64,000 nucleotides of DNA from an uncultured Acidobacteriota bacterium (GCA_963735875.1 CAVTMO010000010.1:27095-91094); one strand, 5' to 3'; positions 29,407-40,617 are shown, counted from the first letter of the stretch. The notes: generated by a model not told the origin, from the sequence alone. Made by a program: numbers and translations.

Positions 29407-31089
29407 GTGGAGCAACAAGAGAGTTTCGACGCCATCGTGGTCGGCTCCGGCATCTCGGGCGGCTGGGCGGCCAAGGAGCTCACCGAGCGCGGGCTCCGCG
29501 TGCTGCTGCTCGAGCGCGGGAAGAACGTCGAGCACGGCAAGGACTACCCGGCGGCCCGCAAGGCGCCGTGGGAGTACCCGCACCGCGGCGGGCGCACCCG
29601 CGTCCTGGTCGAGACCTACCCGGTGCTGAAGCGCGACTACCCGCTCAGCGAGAAGCAGCCCGACTGGTGGGTCAACGAGCAGGAGTCGCCCTACACCGAG
29701 GTGAAGCGGTTCGACTGGTATCGCGGCTACCAGGTGGGCGGACGGTCGCTCACCTGGGGCCGCCAGAGTTACCGCCACAGCGATCTCGACTTCGAGGCCA
29801 ACGCCAGGGAAGGCATCGCCGTCGACTGGCCGATTCGCTACGCCGACATCGCGTCGTGGTACGACCACGCCGAGCGGCACGCGGGGATTTCCGGATCGAC
29901 CGAGGGGCTGCCGCAGCTGCCCGACGGCCAGTTCCAGCCGGCCATGCCGCTCAACATCGCCGAGCAGACGATCGCCGGGCGGCTGTCGAAACAGTTCGAG
30001 GGCACCCGGCGGATCATTCCGGGCCGCGTCGCCAACCTGACGCAGCCGCTCGGCAAGCGCGGCCGGTGCCAGTTCCGCAACGCCTGCCGCCACGGCTGCC
30101 CCTACGGCGCCTACTTCAGCACGCAGTCCTCGACGCTGCCGGCGGCGATGGCCACCGGCCGGCTGACCTTGAAGGTCCACGCCATCGTCACCGACGTGGT
30201 CTACGACAAGGACCGCAAGCGGGCCACCGGCGTGCGCGTGCTCGACGCGCACACCCGCGAGACGACGGTGTATTCGGCCAAGGTGGTCTTCCTCTGCGCC
30301 TCGACACTGAACTCGACGTGGATCCTGATGCGCTCCGCCACCGAGACCTGGCCCGGCGGCCTGGGCAGCAGCTCGGGTGAGCTCGGCCACAACCTGATGG
30401 ATCACCACTTTCGTTGCGGCGCCAACGGCGTCGTGCACGAGCACGAGGATCGCAACGTGTTCGGCGGCCGGCCCACCGGCTTCTACATCCCGCGCTTCCG
30501 CAACGTCGGCAAGGACAAGCGCGAGTACCTGCGCGGGTTCGGCTACCAGGGCAGCGCCAACCGCCAGGGCTGGGAACGCGCGGTGGCCGAGCTGGGCATC
30601 GGCGCCGGATTCAAGGACGAAATGGCCACGCCGGGACCATGGCGGATCGGCGCCACTGCCTTTGCCGAGATGCTGCCCAATCACGCCAATCGCGTGACTC
30701 TCGACCCCGCGAAGACCGACGCCTGGGGCCTGCCGGTGCTGTCGATCGACTGCGAGATCGGCGAGAACGAGAAGAAGATGCGCCGCGACATGATGAACGA
30801 CATGGCCGAGATGCTCGAGGCGTCCGGCGTCGACGAAGTGCGGGTCTACGACAACGGCTACTTCCCCGGCATGGGCATCCACGAGATGGGCACGGCGCGC
30901 ATGGGCCGCGATCCGAAGACCTCGGTGCTGAACGGCAACAACCAGGTGTGGGACGCGCCCAACGTCTTCGTCACCGACGGGTCGTGCATGACCTCGGCGG
31001 CGTGCGTCAATCCCTCGCTCACCTACATGGCGCTCACCGCGCGCGCCTCGGCGTTCGCGGTCGAGGAGCTGAAGCGCGGCAGCCTCTGA
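29407..31089 (+). CDS. GMC oxidoreductase, glycoside 3-dehydrogenase-like flavoprotein subunit
   Basis: VVGSGISGGWAAKEL, GGRSLTWGRQ, Cys cluster CQFRNACRHGCP, NLMDH, HEMGTARMG, NPSLT. Confidence 0.92.
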   Translation: MEQQESFDAIVVGSGISGGWAAKELTERGLRVLLLERGKNVEHGKDYPAARKAPWEYPHRGGRTRVLVETYPVLKRDYPLSEKQPDWWVNEQESPYTEVKRFDWYRGYQVGGRSLTWGRQSYRHSDLDFEANAREGIAVDWPIRYADIASWYDHAERHAGISGSTEGLPQLPDGQFQPAMPLNIAEQTIAGRLSKQFEGTRRIIPGRVANLTQPLGKRGRCQFRNACRHGCPYGAYFSTQSSTLPAAMATGRLTLKVHAIVTDVVYDKDRKRATGVRVLDAHTRETTVYSAKVVFLCASTLNSTWILMRSATETWPGGLGSSSGELGHNLMDHHFRCGANGVVHEHEDRNVFGGRPTGFYIPRFRNVGKDKREYLRGFGYQGSANRQGWERAVAELGIGAGFKDEMATPGPWRIGATAFAEMLPNHANRVTLDPAKTDAWGLPVLSIDCEIGENEKKMRRDMMNDMAEMLEASGVDEVRVYDNGYFPGMGIHEMGTARMGRDPKTSVLNGNNQVWDAPNVFVTDGSCMTSAACVNPSLTYMALTARASAFAVEELKRGSL

Positions 31090-31100
31090 CGGAAGGGACG

Positions 31101-31772
31101 ATGGCGATGCAGACGACACCACAGGCTGTCGAGGGAATGACCCGCCGCGACGCCGTGCAGCGCGTCGCCGCGCTGCTGGGTGGCCTCGCGCTCGTCGACG
31201 GCGAGCGGCTGGAGGCCTTCGTGTTCGACGCGCCGGCGATGGATCAGGCGATGGCGCAGGGCGTGGGCGCGTTCACGGCCGCTGATGTCGCCCTCCTCGA
31301 CGAGATCGCCGAGACCATCCTGCCCGAGACCACCACGCCCGGCGCCAAGGCGGCCAAGACCGGCGCCTTCATGGCGCTGATGGTCACCGACGCCTACACC
31401 GACGGCAACCAACAGGCGTTTCGCGACGGGATGCGGACGCTGGAGGAGGCCTGCAGAACGGCCACCGGCACCGCCTTCATGGAGGCCACTCCGGCCCAGC
31501 GGCTGACCCTGCTCGAAGCCCTGGATCGCGAGCAGAAGACGGCGATGGAGGAGCGCGCGAACGCCCCGCGGTCGCGCTATCCGCCAGCCGAGCGGCCGGA
31601 CGAGGACGAGCCGCCGCACTACTTCCGGCTGATGAAGGAGCTGGCGCTGCTCGGCTATTTCACCTCGGAAATCGGCTACACCAAGGCGATGCGCTACGTC
31701 GAGTCGCCGGGACGCTTCGATCCGAACGCCCCGCACGCGCCGGGCGATCGGTCGTGGGCGCCGCACGCCTGA
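31101..31772 (+). CDS. Gluconate-2-dehydrogenase subunit-3-family Tat hitchhiker subunit
   Basis: TRRDAV Tat motif; IAETILPET.TPGA, YFRLMKELALLGYFTSEIG. Confidence 0.9.
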   Translation: MAMQTTPQAVEGMTRRDAVQRVAALLGGLALVDGERLEAFVFDAPAMDQAMAQGVGAFTAADVALLDEIAETILPETTTPGAKAAKTGAFMALMVTDAYTDGNQQAFRDGMRTLEEACRTATGTAFMEATPAQRLTLLEALDREQKTAMEERANAPRSRYPPAERPDEDEPPHYFRLMKELALLGYFTSEIGYTKAMRYVESPGRFDPNAPHAPGDRSWAPHA

Positions 31773-31779
31773 GCCGGCC

Positions 31780-33908
31780 GTGATTGGCCGCGCCCGTGTC
31801 TGGTTGGCCGGCCTTGCGATCGCTGTCGCCGCGGCGGTGGTGACGACGGCCGGCAGACAGGCTCCCTCGCCGGCCGCGTCGGAGTGGCGGGTCTACGGCG
31901 GATCGGCGGCCAGCGACCGCTACTCGCCGCTGGTCGAAATCACCCCGGCCAACGTCGACCGGCTCGACGAGGCGTGGCGCTTCGACACCGGGGAGACCGG
32001 CGGCTTCCAGGTCAACCCCATCGTCGTGCACGGCGTGCTCTACTCGCCGACCCCCAACCACCGCGTCGTCGCGCTCGACGCGGCGACCGGACGGCTGCAG
32101 TGGACGTTCGACTCGAAGCTCGAGAGCCGGGGCCCCAATCGCGGCGTCACCTGGTGGGAAAGCGGCGACGAGCGTCGCCTGTTCGTGGCCGCCGACCAGT
32201 ACCTCTATGCGCTCGACGCCCGAACAGGGACACCGATCACCGGGTTCGGCGACCAGGGCCGCATCGACCTGCGCCGCGACCTCGGCCGGGATCCCGCGTC
32301 GCAGTCGATCCGGCTGACCACGCCCGGCATCGTCTACCAGGACCTGCTCATCATCGGCGGGAGGGCCGGAGAAGGCGCCGGATCGTCGCCGGGCGACATC
32401 CGCGCGTACGACGTCCGTAGCGGGAGCCTGAAGTGGGCCTTTCGCACCATCCCGCGGCCCGGCGAGTCCGGCTACGAGACGTGGTCCGAGACGTCGTGGC
32501 AGGTCAACGGCGGCGCCAACAACTGGGCGGGCATGGCGCTCGACGAGGGGCGCGGGATCGTCTTCGTGCCCACCGGCTCGGCGGCGCCGGATTTCCACGG
32601 CGCCGATCGTGTCGGCGACAACCTGTTCGCCAACTGCCTGCTGGCACTCGATGCCGCGACCGGCCGACGGATCTGGCACTTCCAGGCGGTCCATCACGAC
32701 ATCTGGGACCGCGACTTCCCTCCCCGCCCACACTGGTCACCGTGCGACGCGACGGCCGCGTCATCGATGCCGTGGCACAGACCACCAAGCACGGCTTCGT
32801 CTTCGTCCTCGACCGCGAAACCGGCGCGCCGCTGTTTCCGATCGAGGAGCGGGCGATGCCGCCCAGCCGCGTGCCAGGCGAGCGGGCGTCGCGCACGCAG
32901 CCTCTGCCGCTGGCCCCCGAGCCGTTCGCCCGCCAGCGGCTCACTGCGGACCTGTTGACCCGGCGGACGCCCGACGCGCACGCCTGGGCGTCGGCGGCGT
33001 TCGCGAAGCTGTACAGCGACGGGCCGTTCGCCCCGCTGCGGGTCGGCCAGGACACGGTGGTGTTCCCCGGATTCGACGGCGGCGCCGAATGGGGTGGCAG
33101 CGCGTTCGATCCGGCCTCTGGCCGGCTGTTCGTCAACGCCAACGACCTGGCGTGGACCGGGGCACTGGCGCCCGACGACAGCGGCGGTGACGGACGCAGC
33201 GTCTACCTCAACGCCTGCGCGTCCTGCCATCGCGACGACCGGCGCGGCACGCCGCCGCAGATTCCGGCCCTCACCAACCTCACGCTGACGGCCGAACGGC
33301 TGACGACGGTCATTCGCGACGGCCTTGGGCGCATGCCCGGCTTCCCGCGTCTCCCGCCGGAAGCGGTGCGCACCCTCGTCGCCTATCTGATGGACACGCC
33401 CGGTCACGGCGACGGACCGGCAGCGGCCGCCGCCACCGCCCCGTCGGCGACACCCACGGGGCGCCTTCGTTTCACCGGCTACCGGAAGTTCCTCGACCCG
33501 GATGGCTACCCGGCGGTCGCCCCGCCGTGGGGCACGCTGAGCGCCATCGACTTGAACACCGGCGCCTATGCGTGGAAGATTCCGCTCGGGGAATATCCGG
33601 AGCTGGTCGCGCAGGGCGTGACCGACACCGGATCGGAGAACTACGGCGGACCGATCGTCACGGCGGGCGGCGTGCTCTTCATCGGCGCGACCAACTTCGA
33701 CCGGAAGTTCCGCGCCTTCGACACCGCCACCGGCCGCCTGCTGTGGCAGGTGACGCTGCCGTTTGCGGCCAACACGACGCCGGCCACTTACCAGGTGCAG
33801 GGCCGCCAGTACGTGGTCGTGGCCGCGGGCGGCGGCAAGTCGCGCGATCCGTCCGGCGGGATGTTCATCGCCTATCGCCTTCGACCAGATGCTGAGAGAG
33901 GCAGGTAA
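31780..33908 (+). CDS. PQQ-dependent glucose dehydrogenase-family protein with internal cytochrome c domain (frameshift near 32720)
   Basis: RYSPLVEITPANV, ALDAATG, HHDIWDRD, PGFDGGAEWGG, heme motif CASCH with GRMP, PPWGTL, GGPIVTAGG. Confidence 0.88.
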
Positions 33909-33911
33909 ACC

Positions 33912-34834
33912 GTGATCACTCGACGCCAGTTCTCACAAGCCGCGCTCTGCGGCGCGGTGTTCCCCACGCTCACCGGACGGTGGGCCGGCGCGTCGCCGGT
34001 GGGCGGCGTCCGCCTCGGCGTGCAGACCTACAGCTTCCGCGAGCTGACCAAGCAGGGCACCGCCGAGGCGGTGAACGTCGTCATCGCCTCGATGAAGGCC
34101 TGCGGCGTCGACGAATGCGAGCTGTGGTCCCCGCAGGTGGAGCTGGCCCCGCCGGCCGGACGCGACGCCCCGGCGGCGGCGCAGGCCACGGCGCGCGAGG
34201 CGCTGCGCACGTGGCGGACCGCGCCTGGCACGACCGCCTACTTCGAGGGCCTGCGGCAGCCGCTTCGCCGACGCCGGGATGACGGTCTACGCCTACAACT
34301 TGAGCTTCAACGAGTCGTTCAGCGACGACGAAATCAACAAGGGATTCGAGGCGGCCAGGGCGCTCGGCGCCGAGGTGATCACTGCCTCGACGACGCTTCG
34401 CGTTGCGAAGCGGCTGGTGCCGTTCGCCGAAAAGCATCGCCTGCCAGTAGCGATGCACAACCACTCGAACCTCACCGATCCGAACGAGTTCGCCACGCCC
34501 AAGAGCTTCACCGATGCGCTGGCGATGTCGCCCCTCTTCCGGATCAACCTCGACATCGGCCACTTCACCGCCGCCGATTTCGACGCCCTCGCCTTCCTGG
34601 AGACGCATCACGACCGCATCAGCAACCTGCACTTGAAGGACCGCAGGAAGGCGCAGGGCGACAATCGTCCCCTGGGGGACCGGCGATACGCCGATCCGCC
34701 AGGTGCTCGCCTGGTTGAAGCAGCGCAAGTCGCCCGTTCGCGCCTACGTCGAGTACCAGTACCCGGGCACGCGCGGGGCCGTGGCCGAAGTGACCGCCTG
34801 CGTGGAGTTCGCCAAGCGGACCTTGACGACGTGA
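33912..34834 (+). CDS. Tat-exported xylose-isomerase-like TIM barrel protein (two frameshifts)
   Basis: TRRQFS Tat motif; LGVQTYSFR, AMHNH, NLDIGH, LHLKD, then PWGTGDTPIRQVL...VEYQY in a third frame, stop at 34832-34834. Confidence 0.82.
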
Positions 34835-35994
34835 CCCGTCGCCTCGGCATGGGCCTGGTGGGTCCGGGCTTTGTCGGCGCCCACCACATCGACGCCGTGC
34901 GCCGTCTCGGGTGGGTCGACGTCGTGGCGGTGGCCGCCAGCACCGAGGCGTCGGCGAAGGCGAAGGCCGAGTCGCTGGGTGTGCCGAAGGCCTACGGCAG
35001 CTTCGAGGCGCTGGTGGCGGATCCGGCCGTGCACGTCGTGCACGTGACGACACCCAACGCGCTGCACGGGGCGGTGATCGACGCCGCCCTGGCCCGCCGC
35101 AAGCACGTGGTCTGCGACAAGCCGCTGGCCACCACACCAGCCGAAGCCCGGCGCCTGCGCGACGCCGCCGTGGCCGCCGGCGTCGTCCACGCGGTGACCT
35201 TCAACTACCGCGGCAACCCGCTGGTACAGCAGGCGCGAGCGATGGTCGCGGCCGGCGAAGCCGGACCCGTGCACCTCGTCCACGGCGCCTACCTGCAGGA
35301 CTGGCTGCTCGAGGACACCGACTACTCGTGGCGGCTCGACCCGGCGCAGGGCCAGAGCTCGGCGATGACCGACATCGGATCCCACTGGTGCGACCTGGCG
35401 CAGCACATCACCGGACAACGGATCGAGTCGGTGCTGGCCAGTCTGTCCACCGTCGTGACGTCGCGGGTGAAGCCGGGCCGGCCGGGTCAGGCGTTCGGCG
35501 CCGGCACGGGCGATGGATCGCGCGTGACGATCACGAGCGAAGACCTGGGCACGGTGCTGCTCCGCTTCTCGGGCGGCGCCACGGGGGTCGTCACCGTCGG
35601 TCAAGTCTGCGCCGGGCACAAGAACGACTGCTGGATCGAGGTGTGCGGACGCGGCGCGTCGATCCGCTGGGCACAAGAGCGGCAGAACGAGCTGTGGATC
35701 GGCGCCAGACGGCACGGGAACACCGTGTTGGCCAAGGACCCGTCGCTGGCGGCGCCCGAGGCGCAGGGCTACATGCGTCTGCCGGGAGGCCACCAGGAAG
35801 GGTGGGCCGACGCCTTCTTCAACGTGATTCGCGACATCTATGCGGCGATCGCCGCGCCGGAGACGGCCGCGGGCGCCGGGCGACCGCCGGCGATGGCGAC
35901 CTTCGACGACGGCGTGGCCTCGGCGTGCATCGTCGACGGCGTGCTGCGCAGCCACCGCGCTGGCGGGGCGTGGACCGCTATCGCTACGGGGTGA
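34831..35994 (+). CDS. Gfo/Idh/MocA-family oxidoreductase
   Basis: GTG start overlapping the upstream TGA; GLVGPGFVG, TPNALH, CDKPLA, DIGSHWCD, LPGGHQEGW. The ORF track fuses it to the previous gene because of an indel. Confidence 0.88.
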   Translation: MTRRLGMGLVGPGFVGAHHIDAVRRLGWVDVVAVAASTEASAKAKAESLGVPKAYGSFEALVADPAVHVVHVTTPNALHGAVIDAALARRKHVVCDKPLATTPAEARRLRDAAVAAGVVHAVTFNYRGNPLVQQARAMVAAGEAGPVHLVHGAYLQDWLLEDTDYSWRLDPAQGQSSAMTDIGSHWCDLAQHITGQRIESVLASLSTVVTSRVKPGRPGQAFGAGTGDGSRVTITSEDLGTVLLRFSGGATGVVTVGQVCAGHKNDCWIEVCGRGASIRWAQERQNELWIGARRHGNTVLAKDPSLAAPEAQGYMRLPGGHQEGWADAFFNVIRDIYAAIAAPETAAGAGRPPAMATFDDGVASACIVDGVLRSHRAGGAWTAIATG

Positions 35995-36466
35995 GCCCGA
36001 GCGCCCGCCGCAGGTGTTCGAGACCTTCCTGCTCGCCGCTGCTGACCTGCGTCCCGCCGAAGCCGAGGAACCCGCCTTCCCTGGAGGCCTCCGCCACCTT
36101 GGTGGCGACGCTGACGAGCCAGGTCTTGTAGGCCTGGACCTCACCAGGTGATTGCTGCGCCACGGCCGCGACCGCCAGGTTGATGGCGTCGAGCAGGGCT
36201 TCCGTCGTCGTCGCGCGATCGCCGCTCCAGACGTCGGGCACCGTCGGCCTGCCGCCACCGTCCTTCAGGCTGGCGGCGAGCGCCTTCACCACATCGGGGG
36301 CATCGCCCCTGGCGGAGTCGATGATCGCCTTGCCGACCGCCATCGCTTCCTTCGCCATGCCGATCGGGCCGCTCATGTCGGCCAGGGAGATGAGCATCCC
36401 CGCCGCCAGCGGCGCATCCGCAATCGCTTTCCACTGATCGGTGCTGTAATCGGCTTTCGTCGACAT
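35984..36466 (-). CDS. Conserved hypothetical protein
   Basis: GGAGG RBS; helical protein with VAEASREGGFLGFGG..VS motif. Confidence 0.7.
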   Translation of the reverse strand: MSTKADYSTDQWKAIADAPLAAGMLISLADMSGPIGMAKEAMAVGKAIIDSARGDAPDVVKALAASLKDGGGRPTVPDVWSGDRATTTEALLDAINLAVAAVAQQSPGEVQAYKTWLVSVATKVAEASREGGFLGFGGTQVSSGEQEGLEHLRRALGLTP

Positions 36467-36600
36467 GACGCCTCCATGACTGCTGAGCGTTCCGACGGTC
36501 ACGCCGCATCGGAAGTGGACCATAGCGCGGGACCGGAGGCGTTACAATCGCCCGCGAACGCCCACTCCACGACTTGCGGCTGGCCGCGCAGGGGGACGAC

Positions 36601-37458
36601 ATGACGCTGCAGCAGGCGGTGATACTCGGTTTGCAGGCGAGCATTTTTCTGATGGTCTTCGGGTTCGGCCTGCAGGCCACCCCGCAGGACCTCGGCCACC
36701 TGTTTCGCCGTCCGGGTCTCCTCGCCCGATCGCTGGTGGCGATGTTCGTGGTGATGCCGGTGGTCGCGGTCCTGCTGTCGCAACTGTTCGGTCTCGCGCG
36801 GCCGATCGCGGTCGCGCTGGTCGCCCTGTCGATGTCGCCGGTGCCGCCGCTGTTGCCGCGCAAGCAGGGCAAGGCCGGCGGCCACGAGGGCTATTCGCTC
36901 GGCCTGATGGTCGTTGCGGGGTTGCTGGCGATCGTCATGATGCCGCTGCTGTTGGCGCTGCTGGGCCGCTACGTCGATCGCGAGCTCACGATGGCGCCGG
37001 CCACGATCGCCCGGATGGTCATCGTCATGACCGTGCTTCCGCTCGTGGCCGGCATGGCGGTGCGGGCGGTGGCGCCGGCGCTGGCAGCGCGCGTCGCCAG
37101 GCCCGCGAACCTCATCGCCATGGTCCTGCTCGTCATCGGCGCGCTGGCCATACTCGCGGCATTGGGGCCCGCCGCCCTCGGCCTGATCGGCGGCGGCGCG
37201 ATGCTCGCCATGGCCATCTTCGTCGTCATCGGTCTGGCCGTCGGGCACGGGCTTGGGGGTCCACAGGCCGACGAGCGGACAGTGCTCGCGCTGTCGACCG
37301 CCTGCCGGCACCCCGGCCTGGCGATGGCGGTAGCGACCGCGAACGCTCCCGAGGAGCCGGGCCTCGGCGGGGCGATTCTGCTCTACCTGCTGGTCAGCGC
37401 GATCGTCGGCACTCCTTACGTCAAGCGACAGGCTCGGGCGACGGGCGGCGCGACCTAG
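36601..37458 (+). CDS. Bile acid:sodium symporter (BASS)-family transporter
   Basis: Multi-TM; VFGFGL, MFVVMP, SPVPP, STACRHPGLA. Confidence 0.8.
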   Translation: MTLQQAVILGLQASIFLMVFGFGLQATPQDLGHLFRRPGLLARSLVAMFVVMPVVAVLLSQLFGLARPIAVALVALSMSPVPPLLPRKQGKAGGHEGYSLGLMVVAGLLAIVMMPLLLALLGRYVDRELTMAPATIARMVIVMTVLPLVAGMAVRAVAPALAARVARPANLIAMVLLVIGALAILAALGPAALGLIGGGAMLAMAIFVVIGLAVGHGLGGPQADERTVLALSTACRHPGLAMAVATANAPEEPGLGGAILLYLLVSAIVGTPYVKRQARATGGAT

Positions 37459-37506
37459 GGCGGCTCTTCGGAGCTGCCTCCAGGCAGAGCTAAAGCTCTG
37501 CCCTAC
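37455..37506. repeat. GTAG-type REP doublet, copy 2
   Basis: cTAG-GGCGGCTC-TTCG-GAGCTGCC-tcca-GGCAGAGC-TAAA-GCTCTGCC-CTAC. Confidence 0.85.
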
Positions 37507-37523
37507 ATCGAACCGCAAATGCT

Positions 37524-39086
37524 CTAGCGCGCCGGCCCGGTCGTGGTCAGCAGCTGCCGCAACTGGTCGACGTCGGGCGGCTTGACCACGTGGTGATCGA
37601 ACCCGGCCGCGCGGGATCGCCGCTGATCGTGCTCCTGGCCCCATCCGGTCAGGGCGACGAGCAGGACGTCGCGGTGCTCCGCCGTGGCGCGGATTCGACG
37701 CGCCACCTCGTAGCCGTCCATCTCCGGCATGCCGATGTCGAGCAGCACCGCATCCGGCCCGAACGACGCGAGCGTCGTCGAGGGCGGCGCGGCCGCTGTG
37801 GGCGACCGCGACGGTGGCGCCCAGCGCGCCGAGCAACTCGCCCAGCGAGTCGGCGGCGTCGCCGTTGTCGTCGACGATCAGGATCCGACGGGCGGGAAAG
37901 TCCGCCGGCGGCGCGTCGCCTTCGGCCATTGCCTGGCCGCTCACCGCCGGCAGCTCGACGATGAACTCGCTGCCCTGGCCCGGGCCGTCGCTGCGCGCCT
38001 CCACGGTGCCGCCGTGCATCGCCACCAGGCTGCGAACCAGCGTCAGGCCGATGCCAAGTCCGCCCTGCGCCAGGCGGTTGGAGCGGTCGACCTGCGTGAA
38101 CATCTCGAACACCGAGCCGAGCTGATCGGCGGCGATGCCGATGCCGTTGTCCCTGACCGAGACCACGGCGCGGCCGCCCTCCTTGCGGAGCCGGACCCGG
38201 ATGTCGCCGCCTGCAGTTGGTGTACTTGGCGGCGTTGTTGAGCAGGTTGGCGAAGACCTGCGTCAGCCGGACGGTGTCTCCGTACACGGTGATCGGCTCG
38301 GCGGCGATGTCGATGGTCAACCGATGTCCGGCCATGTCGATCGCCGGCCGGCTGGTGTCGATCGCCGAGTGCAGCACGAAGGCGAGGTCGAGCGGCTCCC
38401 GGTGCACTTCGATCGAGGCCGCGGGTGATGCGCGACACCTCGAGCAGATCGTTGACCAGCCGGACCAGGTGGCTGATCTGCCGCTCCATCACCTGGCGGG
38501 CGCGGATCGCCACCGGATCCTGGTTGCCGGCCGTCTTCAGCAGGTGCACGGCGTTCAGGAGCGGCGCCAGGGGATTGCGCAGCTCGTGTCCCAGGGTGGC
38601 GAGGAACTCGTCCTTGCGCTGGTCGGCCAGGCGAAGTGACTCCTCGGCACGACCGCGCTCGGCCAGGTGTTCGCGGATCTGGTACTGCCGGGCCCGCGCG
38701 CGCAGGGCGGTCCGCACCGCGGTCACCAGCGTCGCCAGCCGCACCGGCCGCTCGAGCAGCGTGACGTTGCCGAGGGTCCGCACCGCGTCGTTCGAGTCCG
38801 CCGAATCAGCGCCCGGACGCGTCAGGATCAGCACCGGGAGGTCGGACCAGGCGGGCTGCGCCGCCAGCACAGTCCGCAGCGACGCGTTGTGGGAGGGCGA
38901 GGCCGCCTCCTCCGGCAGCAGGATCGCTCCCGCGCCGGCCGTCACCTCCTCGATGAGCTGCTCGAACGACTGGCAGACGTCGAGACGTATCCCGAGCGGC
39001 GACAACATGGCGACGGTCGTCGCCGCGTCCTTCGATGTGGCCGCCAGGAACAACAGCCGCCGATCACGGGCCTGGTCGTCGGTCAC
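37524..39086 (-). CDS. Hybrid histidine kinase with degenerate N-terminal receiver and C-terminal REC (three frameshifts)
   Basis: GTG 39086 overlaps the kaiC-like stop; [13 protein letters not shown]...[47 protein letters not shown]. Confidence 0.88.
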
Positions 39087-40617
39087 GCGCGGCCTTTGTC
39101 CGGCCTGGCCGACGTCTCGTGACCCTCGTAGGTGGGCACCCCGGTGAGCACGCCGCGGAACTCGCGCAGCGGCGCCCCGATGGTGATGCAGCCGGCATCG
39201 AGGCGGAAGTCGCGCAGGGTCCGCTCGTGCCGGCTGCCGCGCTTCTTCATCACCGAGATGGCCTGCCGCACCTCGCCCTGGCTCTCGAAGTAGCGCAGCA
39301 GGATCACCGCGTCGGCCAGGTAGGTGGCATCGACCGGCGTCGTACATCTGGGCGCCGATGAGCCCCTGATGCGCCCCGATCAGGATCGTCGCGACGCCTT
39401 TCTGGCCGAGGTACATCAGCAGCTCGTGCAGCTGAATGATGAGATGCCGCTCTTCGGGCATGGCGTTGAGGTAGCCGTTCAGGCTGTCGATGACGACGAC
39501 CTTGGCGTTGCGCTCCTCCACCGCCGTGCGGATGGCGTGGACGAATTCGCCCGGCGTGAGCTCGGCCGGGTCGACCTGCCGCAGCGAGACCAGGCCGGCG
39601 TCGAGCTGGCTCTCGAGGTCGACGCTCAACTGCCCGCACCGGGTGAGCAGCGTCACCGGGCTCTCGTCGAAGATGAACAGCGCGGCGTGCTGTCCGCGCT
39701 TGGCGGCGGCGACGGCGAACTGGGCGGCCAGGGTGGACTTGCCGGTGCCGGCGGCGCCGACGATGAGGGTGCTCGTGCCTTCTTCGATGCCGCCGCCCAG
39801 CAGCGCGTCGAGCTCGGGGATGTCGCTGCGCAGCTTCACGCGGGAGGTAGTCTGCCGGTGTTCGGCGGCAACCAGCCGCGGAAACACCCGCAGTCCGCCG
39901 AAATCGATGCACGAAGTCGTGGTAGCCGCCGCGGAACTTCACGCCCCGGTACTTCACGACGCGCAGCCGGCGCCGCTCGGTGCCGTACTCGGGATTGAGC
40001 TGCTCGAGCAGGACCACGCCGTGGGCGATGCTCTGCATCTGCAGGTCGTGGTCGGTCGCCGTCAGGTCGTCGAGCAGCACCACCGTGCAGTCCCTGGTGG
40101 AGAAGAACTGCTTCAGCGCCAGGATCTGCCGGCGGTAGCGCAGCGCAGTGCCGGCGAGGAGCCGCAGCTCCGACAACGAGTCGAACACCACCCGGGTCGG
40201 CTTCAGCCGTTCGACATCGGTCAGAATCAGCTTCATCGTCGACGCGAGCTCGAGCTCGGCCGGATGGAACATCGTGTTCTGTTCGTCGGGGTCGAGGTCG
40301 GTCTCGGACGGCACGAGCTCGCGAATGCTGACGCCGTCGAGGCGCCAGCCGTGCGATTCGGCGACCGACCGCAGTTCCTCTTCGGTTTCCGACAGGGTGA
40401 CGTAGAGCACGGTCTCGCCGTTGGCGGCGCCCGCCATCAGGTACTGCATCGCCAGCGTGGTCTTGCCGGAGCCGGGTACTCCTTCGACGAGATAGAGCCG
40501 CCGGCGGGTCAGCCCTCCGGCCATGATGTCGTCGAGGCCCGGGACACCGGTGGAGGCAACAGACCGAGGTACCGGCGCCACAGGCTCACTCAAGACCGTT
40601 ATCCAATCGCCGCACAC
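39083..40617 (-). CDS. kaiC: KaiC-like double RecA-domain ATPase (two frameshifts)
   Basis: [23 protein letters not shown]; second domain [42 protein letters not shown]. Confidence 0.85.

Noticed and set aside
34279-35994. 571-aa TIM barrel-Gfo/Idh/MocA fusion
   Set aside because: Indel near 34670; the barrel continues in another frame to TGA 34834 and the oxidoreductase starts at GTG 34831.
38043-39887. 614-aa KaiC-kinase fusion
   Set aside because: Indel near 39345; KaiC ends at 39083 in another frame and the kinase has its own overlapping GTG.
39083-40617. Circadian clock locus
   Set aside because: No kaiA/kaiB in the window, and the ST phosphosite and EE motifs are altered.
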